In this document: positions 13,165-26,715 of the stretch, in pieces
Numbering within the stretch: the stretch's first letter is position 1
Layout: each line of letters begins with the position of its first letter
NCBI RefSeq assembly: GCF_030684315.1
Contig: NC_081392.1
Span: 558,001 to 622,000 of the forward strand
From: Stegostoma tigrinum
Lineage: Eukaryota
Length of the DNA stretch: 64,000 bases
Direction of reading: 5' to 3'
The notes under the pieces: generated by a model
The model's database searches: none
Told to the model about the DNA's origin: nothing
What the model saw: the letters and a program-made list of their open reading frames with translations, nothing else
Program-made: the position numbers and the translations under genes

Positions 13165-16100
13165 CTCCAACGATGTATACCTCTCAATTTTGTAAACCTC
13201 TACTAAGTTACACCTCATCTTTCTCTGTTCAAGTGCAAACAAATTAAGTTTGTCCAATATTTCCTCATAGCTAATACAGTCAAAACTAACCAACATCCTA
13301 GTAAACCGTTCCTGTACTCTCTCCAAAGCCTTCATATCGTTCTAGTATTATGGTGGCTAGAATTGTATACAATGTTCAAAATGTGGGCAAACTGAAGTAC
13401 TGTACAGCAGCAACATGACTTGCCAATGTTTATAATCAATGCCCTGACTGATGAAGGCAAGCATGCTATATCCTTCTTGACCACCTTATCCACTTATATT
13501 GCCACTTTCAGGGAACTGTGGACCTGTAAGGCTAAATCCCTCTATGTTAATGTTACAAAGAGTTCTGCAATTTATTGTGTAGTTCCCTCCTGGATTAGAA
13601 CTTCCAAAATGCTATACCCTCACATTTTCCAGATGCCCAAGTCTCCAGCCTAATCTTTTTCCAGCTGTATTCTCCAGCAATCCTTTTCCCTATCGACAGC
13701 TCCCTCAATCTTTGTGTGATCCATAAACTTAGTAATTAGGCAACCTGCATTTTCCTCCATATCATTTATACATGTATTACAAACAACAGGGGTCCTTGAT
13801 AATAAAATGTGAGGCTGGATGAACACAGCAGGCCAAGCAGCATCTCAGGAGCACAAAAGCTGCCGTTTCGGGCCTAGACCCTTCATCAGAGAGGGGGATG
13901 GAGAGAGGGAACTGGAATAAATAGGGAGAGAGGGGGAGGCGGACCGAAGATGGAGAGTAAAGAAGATAGGTGGAGAGAGTATAGGTGGGGAGGTAGGGAG
14001 GGGATAGGTCAGTCCAGGGAAGACGGACAGGTCAAGGAGGTGGGATGAGGTTAGTAGGTAGATGGGGGTGCGGCTTGGGGTGGGAGGAAGGGATGGGTGA
14101 GAGGAAGAACCGGTTAGGGAGGCAGAGACAGGTTGGACTGGTTTTGGGATGCAGTGGGTGGGGGGGAAGAGCTGGGCTGGTTGTGTGGTGCAGTGGGGGG
14201 AGGGGACGTACTGGGCTGGTTTAGGGATGCAGTAGGGGAAGGGGAGATTTTGAAACTGGTGAAGTCCACATTGATACCATATGGTTGCAGGGTTCCCAGG
14301 CAGAATATGAGTTGCTGTTCCTGCAACCTTCGGGTGGCATCATTGTGGCAGTGCAGGAGGCCCATGATGGACATGTCATCTAGAGAATGGGAGGGGGAGT
14401 GGAAATGGTTTGTGACTGGGAGGTGCAGTTGTTTGTTGCGAACTGAGCGGAGGTGTTCTGCAAAGCGGTCCCCAAGCCTCCGTTTGGTTTCCCCAATGTA
14501 GAGGAAGCCGCACCGGGTACAGTGGATGCAGTATACCACATTGGCAGATGTGCAGGTGAACCTCTGCTTAATGTGGAATGCATCTTGGGGCCTGGGATAG
14601 GGGTGAGGGAGGAGGTGTGGGGGCAAGTGTAGCATTTCCTGCGGTTGCAGGGGAAGGTGCCGGGTGTGGTGGGGTTGGAGGGCAGTGTGGAGCGAACAAG
14701 GGAGTCACGGAGAGAGTGGTCTCTCCGGAAAGCAGACAGGGGTGGGGATGGAAAAATGTCTTGGGTGGTGGGGTCGGATTGTAAATGGCGGAAGTGTCGG
14801 AGGATGATGCGTTGTATCCGGAGGTTGGTAGCATGGTGTGTGAGAACGAGGGGGATCCTCTTGGGGCGGTTGTGGCGGGGGCGGGGTGTGAGGGATGTGT
14901 TGCGGGAAATACGGGAGACGCGGTCAAGGGCGTTCTCGATCACTGTCGGGGGAAAGTTGCGGTCCTTAAAGAACTTGGACATCTGGGATGTGCGGGAGTG
15001 GAATGTCTTATCGTGGGAGCAGATGCGGCAGAGGCGGAGGAATTGGGAGTAGGGGATGGAATTTTTGCAGGAGGGTGGGTGCGAGGAGGTGTATTCTAGG
15101 TAGCTGTGGGAGTCGGTGGGCTTGAAATGGACATCAGTTACAAGCTGGTTGCCTGAGATGGAGACTGAGAGGTCCAGGAAAGTGAGGGATGTGTTGGAGA
15201 CGGCCCAGGTGAACTTGAGGTTGGGGTGGAAGGTGTTGGTGAAGTGGATGAACTGTTCGAGCTCCTCTGGGGAACAAGAGGCGGCGCCGATACAGTCATC
15301 AATGTACCGGAGGAAGAGGTGGGATTTGGGGCCTGTGTAGGTGCGGAAAAGGGACTGTTCCACGTAACCTACAAAGAGGCAGGCATAGCTGGGGCCCATG
15401 CGGGTGCCCATGGCCACCCCCTTAGTCCTTGCCCTGATTCTTGAGGAACACCATGGTAACAAATCTCCAGTCAGAAATATACATTTCCATTGTTATTCTC
15501 TGTCTGCTATGGCGAAGCCAGTTCTGTAATCTTCTCACCAGCTCATGCAGATCACATATTACTTCACCTTTTGATTCAGCCTGCCAACTCTTATCAAAGA
15601 TCTTGCTAGACCTGATATAGACAACATCTACCACCCTGCACTCATCAATCACCTTTGTCACTTCTGCAAAAAAAACTTAATTCATGAGATACAAACTTCC
15701 CTGCACAAATCCATGCTGCCTATTTATATGGACCAGACTAAACCTCCTGAAAACATGATGCCTAGATGCTAACTCTCTTATTTTAAAAGCAAGGGCAGTG
15801 TTTTAGGTGAAATTTGATTGGACAAGGCTTCGGGCTTGAAGCAAAACACACTTTATACATAGACCACAATTAAAATACAGGCTAAATAAAATAAAAGAAT
15901 TGGCTTAACTGTAACTTTTGAAATACTTAACAAAATAATAAACTACTCATTAACTGCTCCAATATAGTAACAGACCATAAACACATCTTTGCAAAGGCAA
16001 ATTCAGTAATATAGATTGTCCCACAAACAATTCTCACAGAGGAAGTGAACTCCAACTTTTAGCTTTAGCAGAGAGCAGAATAAAATCTTCCACATCCAGC

Positions 16101-17520
16101 TTCAAGACCCCAGCAACATCTACTGAAAGCTAAATTAAAAATCCTGGCTCTGTGGGACCTTGGCCCTGCATATTCAGGCTCCTTCTATTATTCCAACTTA
16201 AAAAAACTCCCAAGGCCTCACAAGCTGTTTATTTTATTTGCTCTGAGTAGACTGCTATATACCTTTGTCTCAACCTTTCCTCAAGCAAAAGACAAAATAC
16301 ATCACTAATAAGTCCATACTTTTCAAAATGAGAAAATCCCAGAATCTTCTCCAATAATTTCCCTGTCACTAATGTAAGGCTCAGCAGCCTATAATTTTTC
16401 AGATTATCCTTATCGCCCTTCTTAAGTACAGGAATATTATGCTAGCTATTTTTCAGTCCCCTGAGACCTCTCCTATGATTAAACAGTACACAAAGATGTC
16501 ATACGAGGCCCCCGCAATTTCCTCACCTGCCTCCCTCGGCATTTGGAATAGAACCCATTAGGTCCTGAGGACTTGTTTACCTTAATGCATTTTAAAACAC
16601 ATAATGACAAGCCCAGTAGATCAATATACCCCTCTTGAGGCATCCACCATGTCCTTCTCCTTTGTGAATACCAATTCGGTAAGGACCTCACACACTTCTG
16701 TTGAGTCCATACATAAATTCCCTCCTTTGTCCTTGAACGGACCTGCTCTAACTCTAGCTACCCTCTTGTTCCTTATATATGTATAAAACATCATGGGATT
16801 TTCCTTTATCCTGTTTGCCAAAAACATTTTATGGCTCCTTTTACCCCCTTAATTCCTCTTTCCTGCCATCTTTCTTTTCTTTGTGGGGTCTTTGATTTAT
16901 CTCTCAATTTCTCTTGTAGCTAAGGTTCCTAAAATTACCACCCTTATTGTTCATTTGCACAGGAATCTGTTGGTCCTGAACTCTGTTTGACTTCACCTTT
17001 AAAAGATCCCCACTTGCCAGATTTACCTTTAAACAGCTGCCTCAGTGTATGTTCCCCAGTTCCTGCCTTATATTGTTGCAATTAGCCTTCTCCCAATTTA
17101 GTACTTTCTCTTGACAACTATTCTTATCCGTATCCACTTAAACTCACAGAATGAGGGTCACTGTTCCCAAAATGCTCCTTCACTGAATTATCAATCATAT
17201 GGCCAGCGTCATTCTTCATTACCAGATTTAGCATGGCCTTTCCCTAGTTGTTTCAAACAACTATCTTGGCTACACCTAACAAATGTGACACCCCCCACCC
17301 ACCTCAAGGATATATCAAAGACTCCACAAAGCCCCTGGCACCAAGCCAGTCCCAGTCAATATAGAAGTTAAAATCACTCACCAGAGCAATCCTGTTACCA
17401 CACTTTTTTCCACATATCTGTTCCTCTATCACCTGCTAGCTATTGAGAGGTATGTAATACAATCCCATCTATGTAATTGCACCCTTCCTATTCCTGGGTT
17501 CTATCCACATGGCCTTTGGT
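13165..17520 (-). mobile_element. Decayed CR1 interrupted by a Penelope-like copy and an unclassified ~600-bp insert (~15725-16325)
   Basis: KALERVQERFTRM (13099-13335), VDVVY..KIFDK (15422-15661), IKENPMMFYTYI (16621-16827). Confidence 0.75.
13799..15424 (-). mobile_element. Penelope-like element, young 5'-truncated copy (RT + GIY-YIG)
   Basis: KGVAMGTRMGPSYA, RYIDDCIG, NVVYCIHC..LYIGETKRRLGDRFAEH; GTCCTTG TSD at 13792-13798 and 15425-15431. Confidence 0.93.
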
Positions 17521-18020
17521 ATTGTTGTAGTGAATTTGAGCCAATCCCTCCACCCTATTAGAGATATCAAGGTCTCTGATGAAGGGTCTAGGCCCGAAAC
17601 GTCAGCTTTTGCGCTCCTAAGATGCTGCTTGGCCTGCTGTGTTCATCCAGCTTCACACTTTGTTATCTAGGAAGCTTAAGGTAGTGTCTTTCTATTTAGG
17701 TGTAGGAAGATAAGGATTTACAAAGTTTTACACCTAATTCTAATCAGGCAGGAAGTTATAAGGCAGTGTCTGCATATCTCTGTGTAAACACATGAAAAGC
17801 ATTAACTTATAGAGAATATAGAAATCAAGGAGATATTATCCCAATAACATCTCATGGACCCTTCTTCAGAAAATTTTCAGAAAAAATTCGGAAGACGGGT
17901 CTTGGCCCAAAACGCCAGCTTTCCTGCTCCCCTGATGGTACTTGGCCTGCTGTGTACATCCAGCTCTACACCTGGTTGTCTCAGATTCTCCAGCATCTGC
18001 AGTTCCCATTATCTCTGATC

Positions 18021-18499
18021 ACAGCCTTAAGCTTCCTGCCTGAATAGAATTAGGTGTAAAACTTTGTAAGTCTTTATCTTCCTGCACAGGGGTATGTGGA
18101 AACTGTCTCAAATAAGATTAAGTGGGCAGGGTTTTGTAAAGGTGTGAGACTTCTGAGATCCTGTAAAGAATGCAACTTCTGTTTCTGCTAAAAGGGGCCA
18201 GGGCACTGACTGTTGTTCAAGCTAGACATGTCGGCGGCTTGAAATTACATTCATGTAACATGCCATTGTGAAATGTAAAATTGCTTTATGTATTATGCAC
18301 TCGATAAGGTATAAAAAACAGGGACTGTCCGCTGCTCAGGGAGAATCGCTTACAAGACCCTACATTCGGTGCCGGGTTGAGTACAGTGATCTTCCACAGC
18401 TTGTACTTGCTTTGTAATAAAGGATTTGTGTTTTTCTAAACAGGTCAGTGTCTTGTCATTGCATCAAGTCTGTGAGGGTCTCCGAAAACAAACCGAACA
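18021..18499 (+). repeat. ERV 5' LTR, forward-oriented part (its first ~185 bp lie inverted at 17669-17854)
   Basis: Aligns with ~26803-27408. TATA-like TATAAAA near 18310, AATAAA 18416-18421, ends in CA just before the PBS. Confidence 0.92.
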
Positions 18500-18501
18500 C
18501 T

Positions 18502-18519
18502 TGGCACAGCGAGCAGGGT
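18502..18519 (+). promoter_or_regulatory. Primer binding site complementary to tRNA-Ser(UGA)
   Basis: TGGCACAGCGAGCAGGGT versus TGGCGCAGCGAGCAGGGT expected from the vertebrate tRNA-Ser(UGA) 3' end (recalled, 17/18 match). Confidence 0.8.
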
Positions 18520-19055
18520 TCCAACATGTACAGCAGTCTTACATGGAGGACTGAATAAGTGATCGTTCAAGTGTCGGTGGAGTGAGGTGGACGGGTCTAC
18601 AAGGTACTACTCACCTTGGTCTCTCTCACTAACATGCCACCCGTGTGACCCCTCGTCCCTGTGTGGCTCTGTACTGATGGAACCCCGTGACGATGCACGG
18701 TCTTGAACACTGCTAAATCCCAATGCAAGGAGGTTCGAGTGTCCAGGTCAGGTAACTGAAAATCCGGGAGGTTAGAGTCCTCCGGTGGCCGGGGTTAGAG
18801 TCCCTAGGTCAGGTAAAATTGGTAAAGTAAGTCCGAGGTGGGGTGGGGGTATTAGTATAAGACCGGTAAAGCAGAATAGGTGTTCGGACATAGGCATAGG
18901 ATTGTTACAGTATCTGTCTGTCTCAACCACCCTGCCTTAGACCTGTTGTTAAGAGGAGAGATACCCCACGCGAAGGTCAGGATCCTGAAGTGGGTGTTGA
19001 GACTAAGGACACTGGTGTAGTATATAGAAATGAGTAAAAAGCAAAAGCGCTAAAA

Positions 19056-20730
19056 ATGGGACAAACGTTAGATAAGCCGGTTGTTGGAACCCCTTTACAT
19101 CGGTTATGCCGGGATAACCCCGAAAATGAAGTATTGTACAGACGTCTGTCAGCATGCCTAAACAAAAAAATTGGGAAATGAGAATTGGCCATTATGGGGA
19201 ACGTGGGATATAGATCTCTGTACTAAAGCAGAAGAGGCACTATGGACACATAATGTGGGAAGCAAATGGAAAAGGTTAATATCATCCTGGAGAAAGACAG
19301 CTGAGGAGCTGACTGAGAAATCAAAACTGGCCAGTTGGGTGGATAATGCACGTAGGAGAGGGATTAGTGCATGTGATAGTGAGGGAAAATCTAAACCTTG
19401 GGAGGTGTTAAAGCTGCAGTGTGAGGATCATGGGATGAATGAACAGGAAAGGGTTAAACAAGAAAGGCTGGAAAGGGAAAGACAAGACAAAGAATGGGGT
19501 TTAGAGCAGCAGGCCACATTGACAGAAAATAAAAAATCAGAGGTACCTCCTGACATATCTGGCAAGCCAATGTTGCTCCAAATTAATGATACAGATGAGC
19601 AAGATGAGGAGGACTGGGGAAGGCTCCCCTCTGCCCCATTGGGACTACTACCCCCTCCACAACCCTACCCGCCCTTGGCCAACCTCCATCTGCAGGTACC
19701 CCAACACTGCCATCTGTCCCAGCAATTGCCCATAACCCTATCACCGCCACCATACGCTGACGACCAAACCTCCTGCTATAGTATCTCCAAGCCCTTCAGT
19801 AGTCAGCCCACGTGAATCTCCTGACAAACCCACGGCTTGTACAGGCTCTATCTCCTCTCGTACTAGGTCTAAAACTAAACAGACAAACAGGAAACAGAAT
19901 ACGGAACAGACTGATAGTGGGCAAAAAGAGAGAGAGCAGGATTCTTTTAAAACCCACAGGGGAAGTCCACAAAAATGTAAGCCCTGCATGCAGTTCTCTC
20001 AACCCTCTAGCAGCTGTTTAGTGTTCCCCAGCAATTCTACAAGTAGTGAAGAGTATGATAGTCCCGATTCACAAGTGGAGGATAGTGAATCTGAGGACAG
20101 GGTTTGGGAGGGACCCTCGGAAAACCGTCCCCTAAAGGAGGACCCCCGAAAGAGAAATCAGCAATTTCCTAATTGCACAGTCCCTCACACAAACCCAACA
20201 CAGGGGTGTCAAAATACCATGCAGATCTACACCCCTTGGAAGCCACAAGAAACGTGTTTAATTACGTCAAGGGCCCCTGATCGAAAGACTAATCCAGAAG
20301 AATTTATAGATTACATCCTGGGCACTATTCAAATGTACCAAGCCACCCCCCCGCAAGACCTCTTTAGCCTGTGCTGCATGGCTCTTACCCCTATTGAATG
20401 TACTAGGTGGAAAAGTCACCAAGGAGACCCAGCTCCCCAAGACTGGAATACTTTTACAGGTCTCATGGTTGAAGGCCTTCAGCTACACACCATTAAAGAT
20501 GCACTCAAGTGAACCTTACAACAGCTGGTAAACGTTACCAAAGTGCCAGTGTGCAAACTCAAACCAAGGGAGGACAGTCCTGATTTCTGGGACCGTTTCT
20601 ACTCCACCTGTGGCACCTATTCTGGTGATACTGCCTACATTGCAGGGAATCCCTCACCACAGTTTAATGGTCTTTTGCTGCAGTGTTTACCTGAGGCTGT
20701 GGCGACAGCTATTCGCACTAATAACATGGA
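19056..20730 (+). pseudogene. gag: ERV gag (MA, late domains, CA), frameshifted and lacking NC
   Basis: MGQTLDKP myristoylation-type start, WPLWGTW, PSAP and PPPY late motifs, IYTPWKPQE capsid start, MHR-like KPREDSPDFWDRF. Confidence 0.88.
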
Positions 20731-22978
20731 TTGGCCAGTTTGCTTACCAAAATCCTAAACCCTTTGGCTCCTTGTAAAGCCTCAAAAGCCTTCATCCTCT
20801 CTAACGAACAAAAGTCAGCCTTTACAGACTTAAAAACAGCCCTTGATGCCACCCTGGCTTTGGGAAGAGCTTCATATGACAGACATTTCCAGCTATATGC
20901 TAATGTTCTGGATGGGTGCTGGGGTATTGACACAGACTCACAGCGATAGCAAACGACTGGTTGCCTACTACTCTATCCACAAGGACTCTGTAGCTCCCCC
21001 CTTGTTCCCAGATTCTTCCTGCGCTTTATTCTTTCGTCATTGCACCTCGAATGTTACTCTCCACCAGCCTCTTACTGTCTATACCTCACATGCCATGTAG
21101 CCCTCTTCACCTCGCACCAGATTCAACACCTTACCCAGGCACGTTTAAGCCGCTACGAAGTCGTACTCCTTAACAATCCCCTCTTGACATTCTCTTTCTG
21201 CTCCACTATTAACCCAGTCATGTGTTTGAGCGCCCCCATGGATGAGTTCTTAGAACCCCCACATGACTGCCTGCTAAGGAGCCAATTCCTAACCTCTCCC
21301 TGACCGGACCTTACTGACATCCCACTCCCTTCTCCGGACCTTATCCTGTTTGTTGATGGCAGTTCCTCCATGTCTCCCTTGGGTACCCCCTCTCTGGATT
21401 CGCTTTTGTCAATGCTGCCTCCACATTAGAATCAACAGCATTTGAGCCACCAGTGTCTGCTCAGAAAGCAGAACTTTTTGCTCTCACCCACGCCTGCATC
21501 CCAGCCTCAGGGAAGTCAGCGAATATTTACACCGACTCTCGGTATGCCTTTGGAGTCTCCCACAACTTTGGCCAGTTATGGTCTCAGCATGGGTTTTTAA
21601 CGTCCTCAGGTGCACCCATCCAGAATTGCCTCTATGTTGAAAACCTTCGCCAGGCAATACTCCTCCCTAAACAATTGGCTATTATCAAATGCACTGCCCA
21701 TGCCTCCGATGATTCTGTAGTTACTCAGGGCAACAGTTGGGCTGATCAGGCTGCCAAACAGGCTGCTGCAGATCAAACTTTTATTGTGCCCTCAATGAAC
21801 AAGCAGGCAGTAAATCACATGCGCCCTTCAGACAGGACAGGCATGCCAGTTTTAGTCACTGTTCAGCACTTACAGGGGTCGCCTCTGCTTCTGAAAAGGA
21901 TATTTGGAATGTTTGCATTCTGTGTCGTCAGGCCTTTGGGTTACCCCAGTCGGCCAAGTGTATATACCTGATGTTTTGTTACCAATGCTTGTTGACTGTC
22001 TGCATGCTGACACCCACCTTAGCAAGGAGGGAATGAGTGGTATTATGCTCCGTACCTGGTGGCACCCCAGACTGGCTGAGGCAGCCCAGTCTCGTATAGC
22101 ATCATGTCTAACATGCCACCAAAACAATGTTGGTCAGGGGGTGAAATGCTCACCAGGAAAAACACCCTTGCCAGGTGGATCGTTTGAATGCATTCATCTG
22201 GATTTTATTGAATTACCGTGTGTAAACTGTTATAAATATTGTCTTGTCATTGTAGATGTATTCAGTAGGTGGATAGAGGCTTTTCCAATGACAAATAACA
22301 AAGCATCAATGGTAGTAACATTATCATTAAGTGAAATAATACCGAGGTTTGGAGTGCCTCAACAAATTAGTTTGGACAATGGCACTCACTTTGTAGGAAA
22401 GATTAATAAGGAACTGTGTGATGAGTTACGCATCCAGCAGCAATTCCACTGTGCCTACTACCCCCGGGCAGCAGGGATAGTGGAAAGAGCTAACGGAACA
22501 CTCAACGCGAAATTGACCAAGCGGACATTATAGACTGGCCTTAGCTGGTTAACGGTTTTGCCCCTAACCTTGTACCACATGTGAATAATACCCCATTCTA
22601 CTACAGGGCGCTCAGTCTATGGCCAACCCAGCAGAACACCCTGGGATGCCAATAGCAGCCCACCCACCCAAATTGACTTGAAATGTGATGGGAGAAGAAA
22701 TGCAAAGGTATTTCCACCAACTAACATCATCTCTAAAATTTCTTCATTCATAGGCGAAGTGCGCCTTCGGACCACCTCCGCAGACACCAGACCAAGACCT
22801 TAAGGACCAGAATCACTCTTCATGGTCACAGATCGGAGATTTCATACTTCTCTGGGACTGGGACTGTCTGAAGCTTGGACTCAGGTGGAAAGGACCATTT
22901 CAAATCCAACTTCAAACTTTGACAGCTTTTAAAGTTAAAGGGCAGAATCGCTGGATCCACCTAAGTGACTGCAAATGA
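20731..22978 (+). pseudogene. pol: ERV pol remnant: RT connection, RNase H, integrase
   Basis: AFTDLKTAL, GVLTQ, VAYYS; RNase H LFVDGSS, SAQKAELFAL, NIYTDSRYAFG; integrase HADTH..CLTC, LDFIEL, SLDNGTHF, GIVERANGTL, WKGPFQ..WIH. Confidence 0.93.
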
Positions 22979-25900
22979 TGGATTCCCTCATCAGCTTGCA
23001 ATTAACCATTGGACTGAGTATTATTCTGACGGTGCATGACTGGCAGGACAATCTGTTTTATTGAACACACATCCAGCTGCATGGGAATCAGACAGTGTGT
23101 TACTTGCTAGCACAGTCTGTAGAGGTGTTATTTGTGGCAACACCAGGCTGGCACCCTAGCCATCTCTATGAAGTAGAGTATTCTGGTAAACCTTGCAGAG
23201 GGGAGAAGGGAACTTGGACGAGAGGCGTGCAGGGTAGGTTTTTGGAATTGGTACTTAATGGCCCCTTGGATTGTATAGGCACTAAAGCTAGGCATGGGAA
23301 GGAAGGGGCTAACTGTACAAATCCCAACAGCTATCCGTTTTGCTTTAATGGAACTGGGACTTGTTGTGTGCATGCTCTAGTCACTAATCACCCCCATAAT
23401 GTTTCCTGCCCCATTGGTGCATAAAAAGAACTTGCACAACGAAGGGCGCACTGTTGACCTGCCCCTGTTTAGAATCTAGGCCAATAACTGTGATCCCGGG
23501 CATACAGTGGACTTGTGGGGATTGTAATGGCACCCATGTAGAAACAGACTACGGGACGTTTCTGTTTAATTCCACACATTTCCATCCATATAAGTGTCAG
23601 TCCTCCCGGAATAGCTATCAAGGAATACATGAATCTGTTACCTGCTATCAGGCTAAGAAGGGATTCATTTCCCTTCTTAACGGGACCTTCACAACTGCCA
23701 CTCCAACTTTGCCAGTGCTGTTTGCTGTTGGGCCCCTCACGGTCCCTTGTCCCCAACGAGCACGGACTCAACGGCGAATTGTCACACGCTTCCTGAGCCG
23801 GTCATTTTGTGCAGCATGGCAGGACCCGAGTGCTTTGGGCTCTTCCTTAGGATACGGCTTCCTGGGAACTGTTACCTTGGGAGGCTCCCCGGGGTGGTGG
23901 CCACAAAAAAACTGAAACTACCTTATATGTGTACTCACTGCCCTGGGAAACAGCACAATGGCAGCATTGGAGGCAATCAACCAAGAATTAGTTGAACTTC
24001 AGCTCTATGGTCAGCAAACCCAGTATGCAGTGGTCTGTCAACTGGCTCAGCAAAGACGAGTATGTACAATTATAGGGAACAAGTGCATTACCCATGTTAC
24101 CGATGAATCCTATAATATTACCAAGGCTTTTCAAGCCATACCGGGGGAGGTGGAACAGTACAGAGAGGGACCCTGACTGGGAGGGAGCTTGTTGGGATGG
24201 CTTATGGGCTCATAACTGCTACATGGGTTAGAACATAGAACATAGAACAATACAGCGCAGAACAGGCCCTTTGGCCCTCGATGTTGTGCCGACCTGTGAA
24301 CTAATCTAAGCGCCTCCCCCGACACTATCCCATCATTATCCATATGCTTATCTAAGGGCTATTTAGATGCCCCTAATGTGGCTGAGTTAACTACATTGGC
24401 AGGCAGGGCGTTCCACGCCCTTACCACTCTCTGAGTAAAGAGCCTGCCTCCGACATCTGTCTTAAAACTATCACCCCTCAATTTGTAGCTATGCCCCCTT
24501 GTACAAGCTGAAGTTATCATCCTCAGAAAAAGACTCTCACTGTCCATCCTATCTAATCCTCTGATCATCTTGTATGTCTCTATTAAATCGCCTCTTAGCC
24601 TCCTTCTCTCCAATGAGAAAAGACCCAAGTCCCTCAGCCTTTTTTCACAGGGTCTGCACTCCGGACCAGGCAACATCCTCGTAAACCTCCTCTGCACCTT
24701 TTCCAATGCTTCCACATCCTTCCCATAATGGGGTGACCAGAACTGCATGCAATATTCCAAATGAGGCCGCACTAGCGTTTTGTACAGTTGCAGCATGACA
24801 TCACGGCTCCGGAACTCAATCCCCCTACCAATAAAGCCTAACACACCGTAAGCCTTCTTAACAGCACTATCAAGCTGGGTGGCAACTTTCAGGGATCTAT
24901 GTACATGGACACCAAGATCCCTCTGCACATCCACACTACCAAGAATCTTTCCATTGACCCGGTATTCTGCCTTCCTATTATTCCTCCCAAAGTGAATCAC
25001 CTCACATTTATCCACATTGAGCTCTATTTGCCACCTTTCAGCCCAATTCTGCAGTTTATCCAAGTCTCCCTGCAACCTGCAACATTCTTCCACACTATCC
25101 ACCACTCCACTGACTTTAGTGTCATCTGCAAACCACTAGCAACCTGACTCCAGGCTGAATATTTTCCATCAACCACCACTCATTGCCTTCTTACAGAAAG
25201 CCAGTTTCTAATCCAAATTGCTAAATCTCTCTCAATCCCGTGCCTCTGTATTTTCTCCAAATAGCCTACCATGTGGAACTTTATCAAAGGCTTTACTAAA
25301 GTCCATGTACACCACGCCAACTGCCCTTCCCTCATCCACATGCTTGGTCACCTTCTCAAAAAAGTCAATGAGGTTTGTGAGACACGACCTGCCCTTAACG
25401 AATCTATGTTGACTATCTCCAATCAAATTGTTGCTTGCTAGATGATTATAAATCCTATCTCTTATAAGCATTCCAAAACTTTTCCTACAACAGACGTAAG
25501 GCTCACAGGTCTATAATTACCTGAGTCATCCCTACTGCCCTTCTTGAACAAGGTCACAACATTTGCAATCCTCCAGTCCTCTGGTACTTAACCTGTAGAC
25601 AATGATGACTCAAAGATCAAGGTCAAAGTCTCCACCACTTCCTCCCTATCTTCCCAGACAATCCTCGGAAAAATCCCATCTGGCCCAGGGGATTTATCTG
25701 CCTTCATACCTTCTAGAATTGATAACGCCTCCTCCTTACTAACCTTAATCTTTTCAATTCTAGTAGCCCGTAACTCAATCATCTCCTCTGCAATATTCTC
25801 CTGTTCCCCAGTAAAAACAGATGAGAAATAATCATTTAGCACTTCTCCGATCTCCACAGGGTCCACACACAATTTCCCACTTCTGTCTTTGACTGGCCCT

Positions 25901-26700
25901 ATTCCTACCCTAGTCATCCTCTTATTCTTCACATACCTATAGAAAGCTTTAGGGTTCTCCTTTATTCTACCTGCTAATGTCTGCTCATGTCCCCTCCTTG
26001 CTCTTCTTAACTCTCTCTTTAAATCCTTCCTAGCTAATCTGTAACTCTCCATCGCCGCATCTCAACCATCTCGTCTCATTGTCATATAGGCCTCCCTCTT
26101 CCGCTTAACAAGAGATACAATTTCTTTCGCAAACTACGGTTCCCTTACCTTATTGCTTCCTCCCTGCCTGACAGGGACACACCTATCAAGGACATGCAAT
26201 ATCTGTTTCTTAAACCAGCTCCACATTTCGATTGTCCCCATCCCCTGCATTTTGCTAACCCATTCTATGCCTCCTAAGTCTTGCCTAATCAAATTATAAT
26301 TGCCCTAACCCCATCTATAACTCTTGCCCTGTGGCATGTTCCTATCCCTTTCCATCGCTAAATTAAACATAACCAAATTATGGTCACTCTCTCCAACACC
26401 TACCACTAAATCAAACACCTGGCCTGGTTCATTACCAAGTACCAGATCCAGTGTGGCCTCCCCTCTTGTTGGCCCTTCAACATACTGAATCTGGAAACCC
26501 TCCTGCATACATTGGACAAAAACTGATCCATCCGGTGTACTAGAGTTATAGCATTTCCAGTCAATAAGTTTAGGTTAGTTAGTCTAATAGTTATCATAGC
26601 TGTCTGCTTATATTTATGGTATGCCTGAACTCTTGCTGCAGGCTTGTGTTTGCCAGACTAGCAGCTCCCTTCCCGGCCCTGATATAGGTTATCATGAAAT
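22975..26700 (+). pseudogene. env: ERV env (gamma-type TM), disrupted and split by a CR1
   Basis: Hydrophobic N-terminus, Cys- and NxS/T-rich SU, basic cleavage site RARTQRR, heptad AALEAINQELVEL, ISD-like region then CTIIGNKC, membrane anchor HGL|VSLIVIIAVCL rejoined across the CR1. Confidence 0.85.
24232..26572 (-). mobile_element. CR1 LINE, 5'-truncated, inserted in env
   Basis: CR1 ORF2 fragments (DFSKAFDKVPH, LVRPHLEYC), GTTCTAT-type tail, GGTTAG TSD at 24226-24231 and 26573-26578. Confidence 0.93.
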
Positions 26701-26715
26701 GATAAAATGAGGGAA

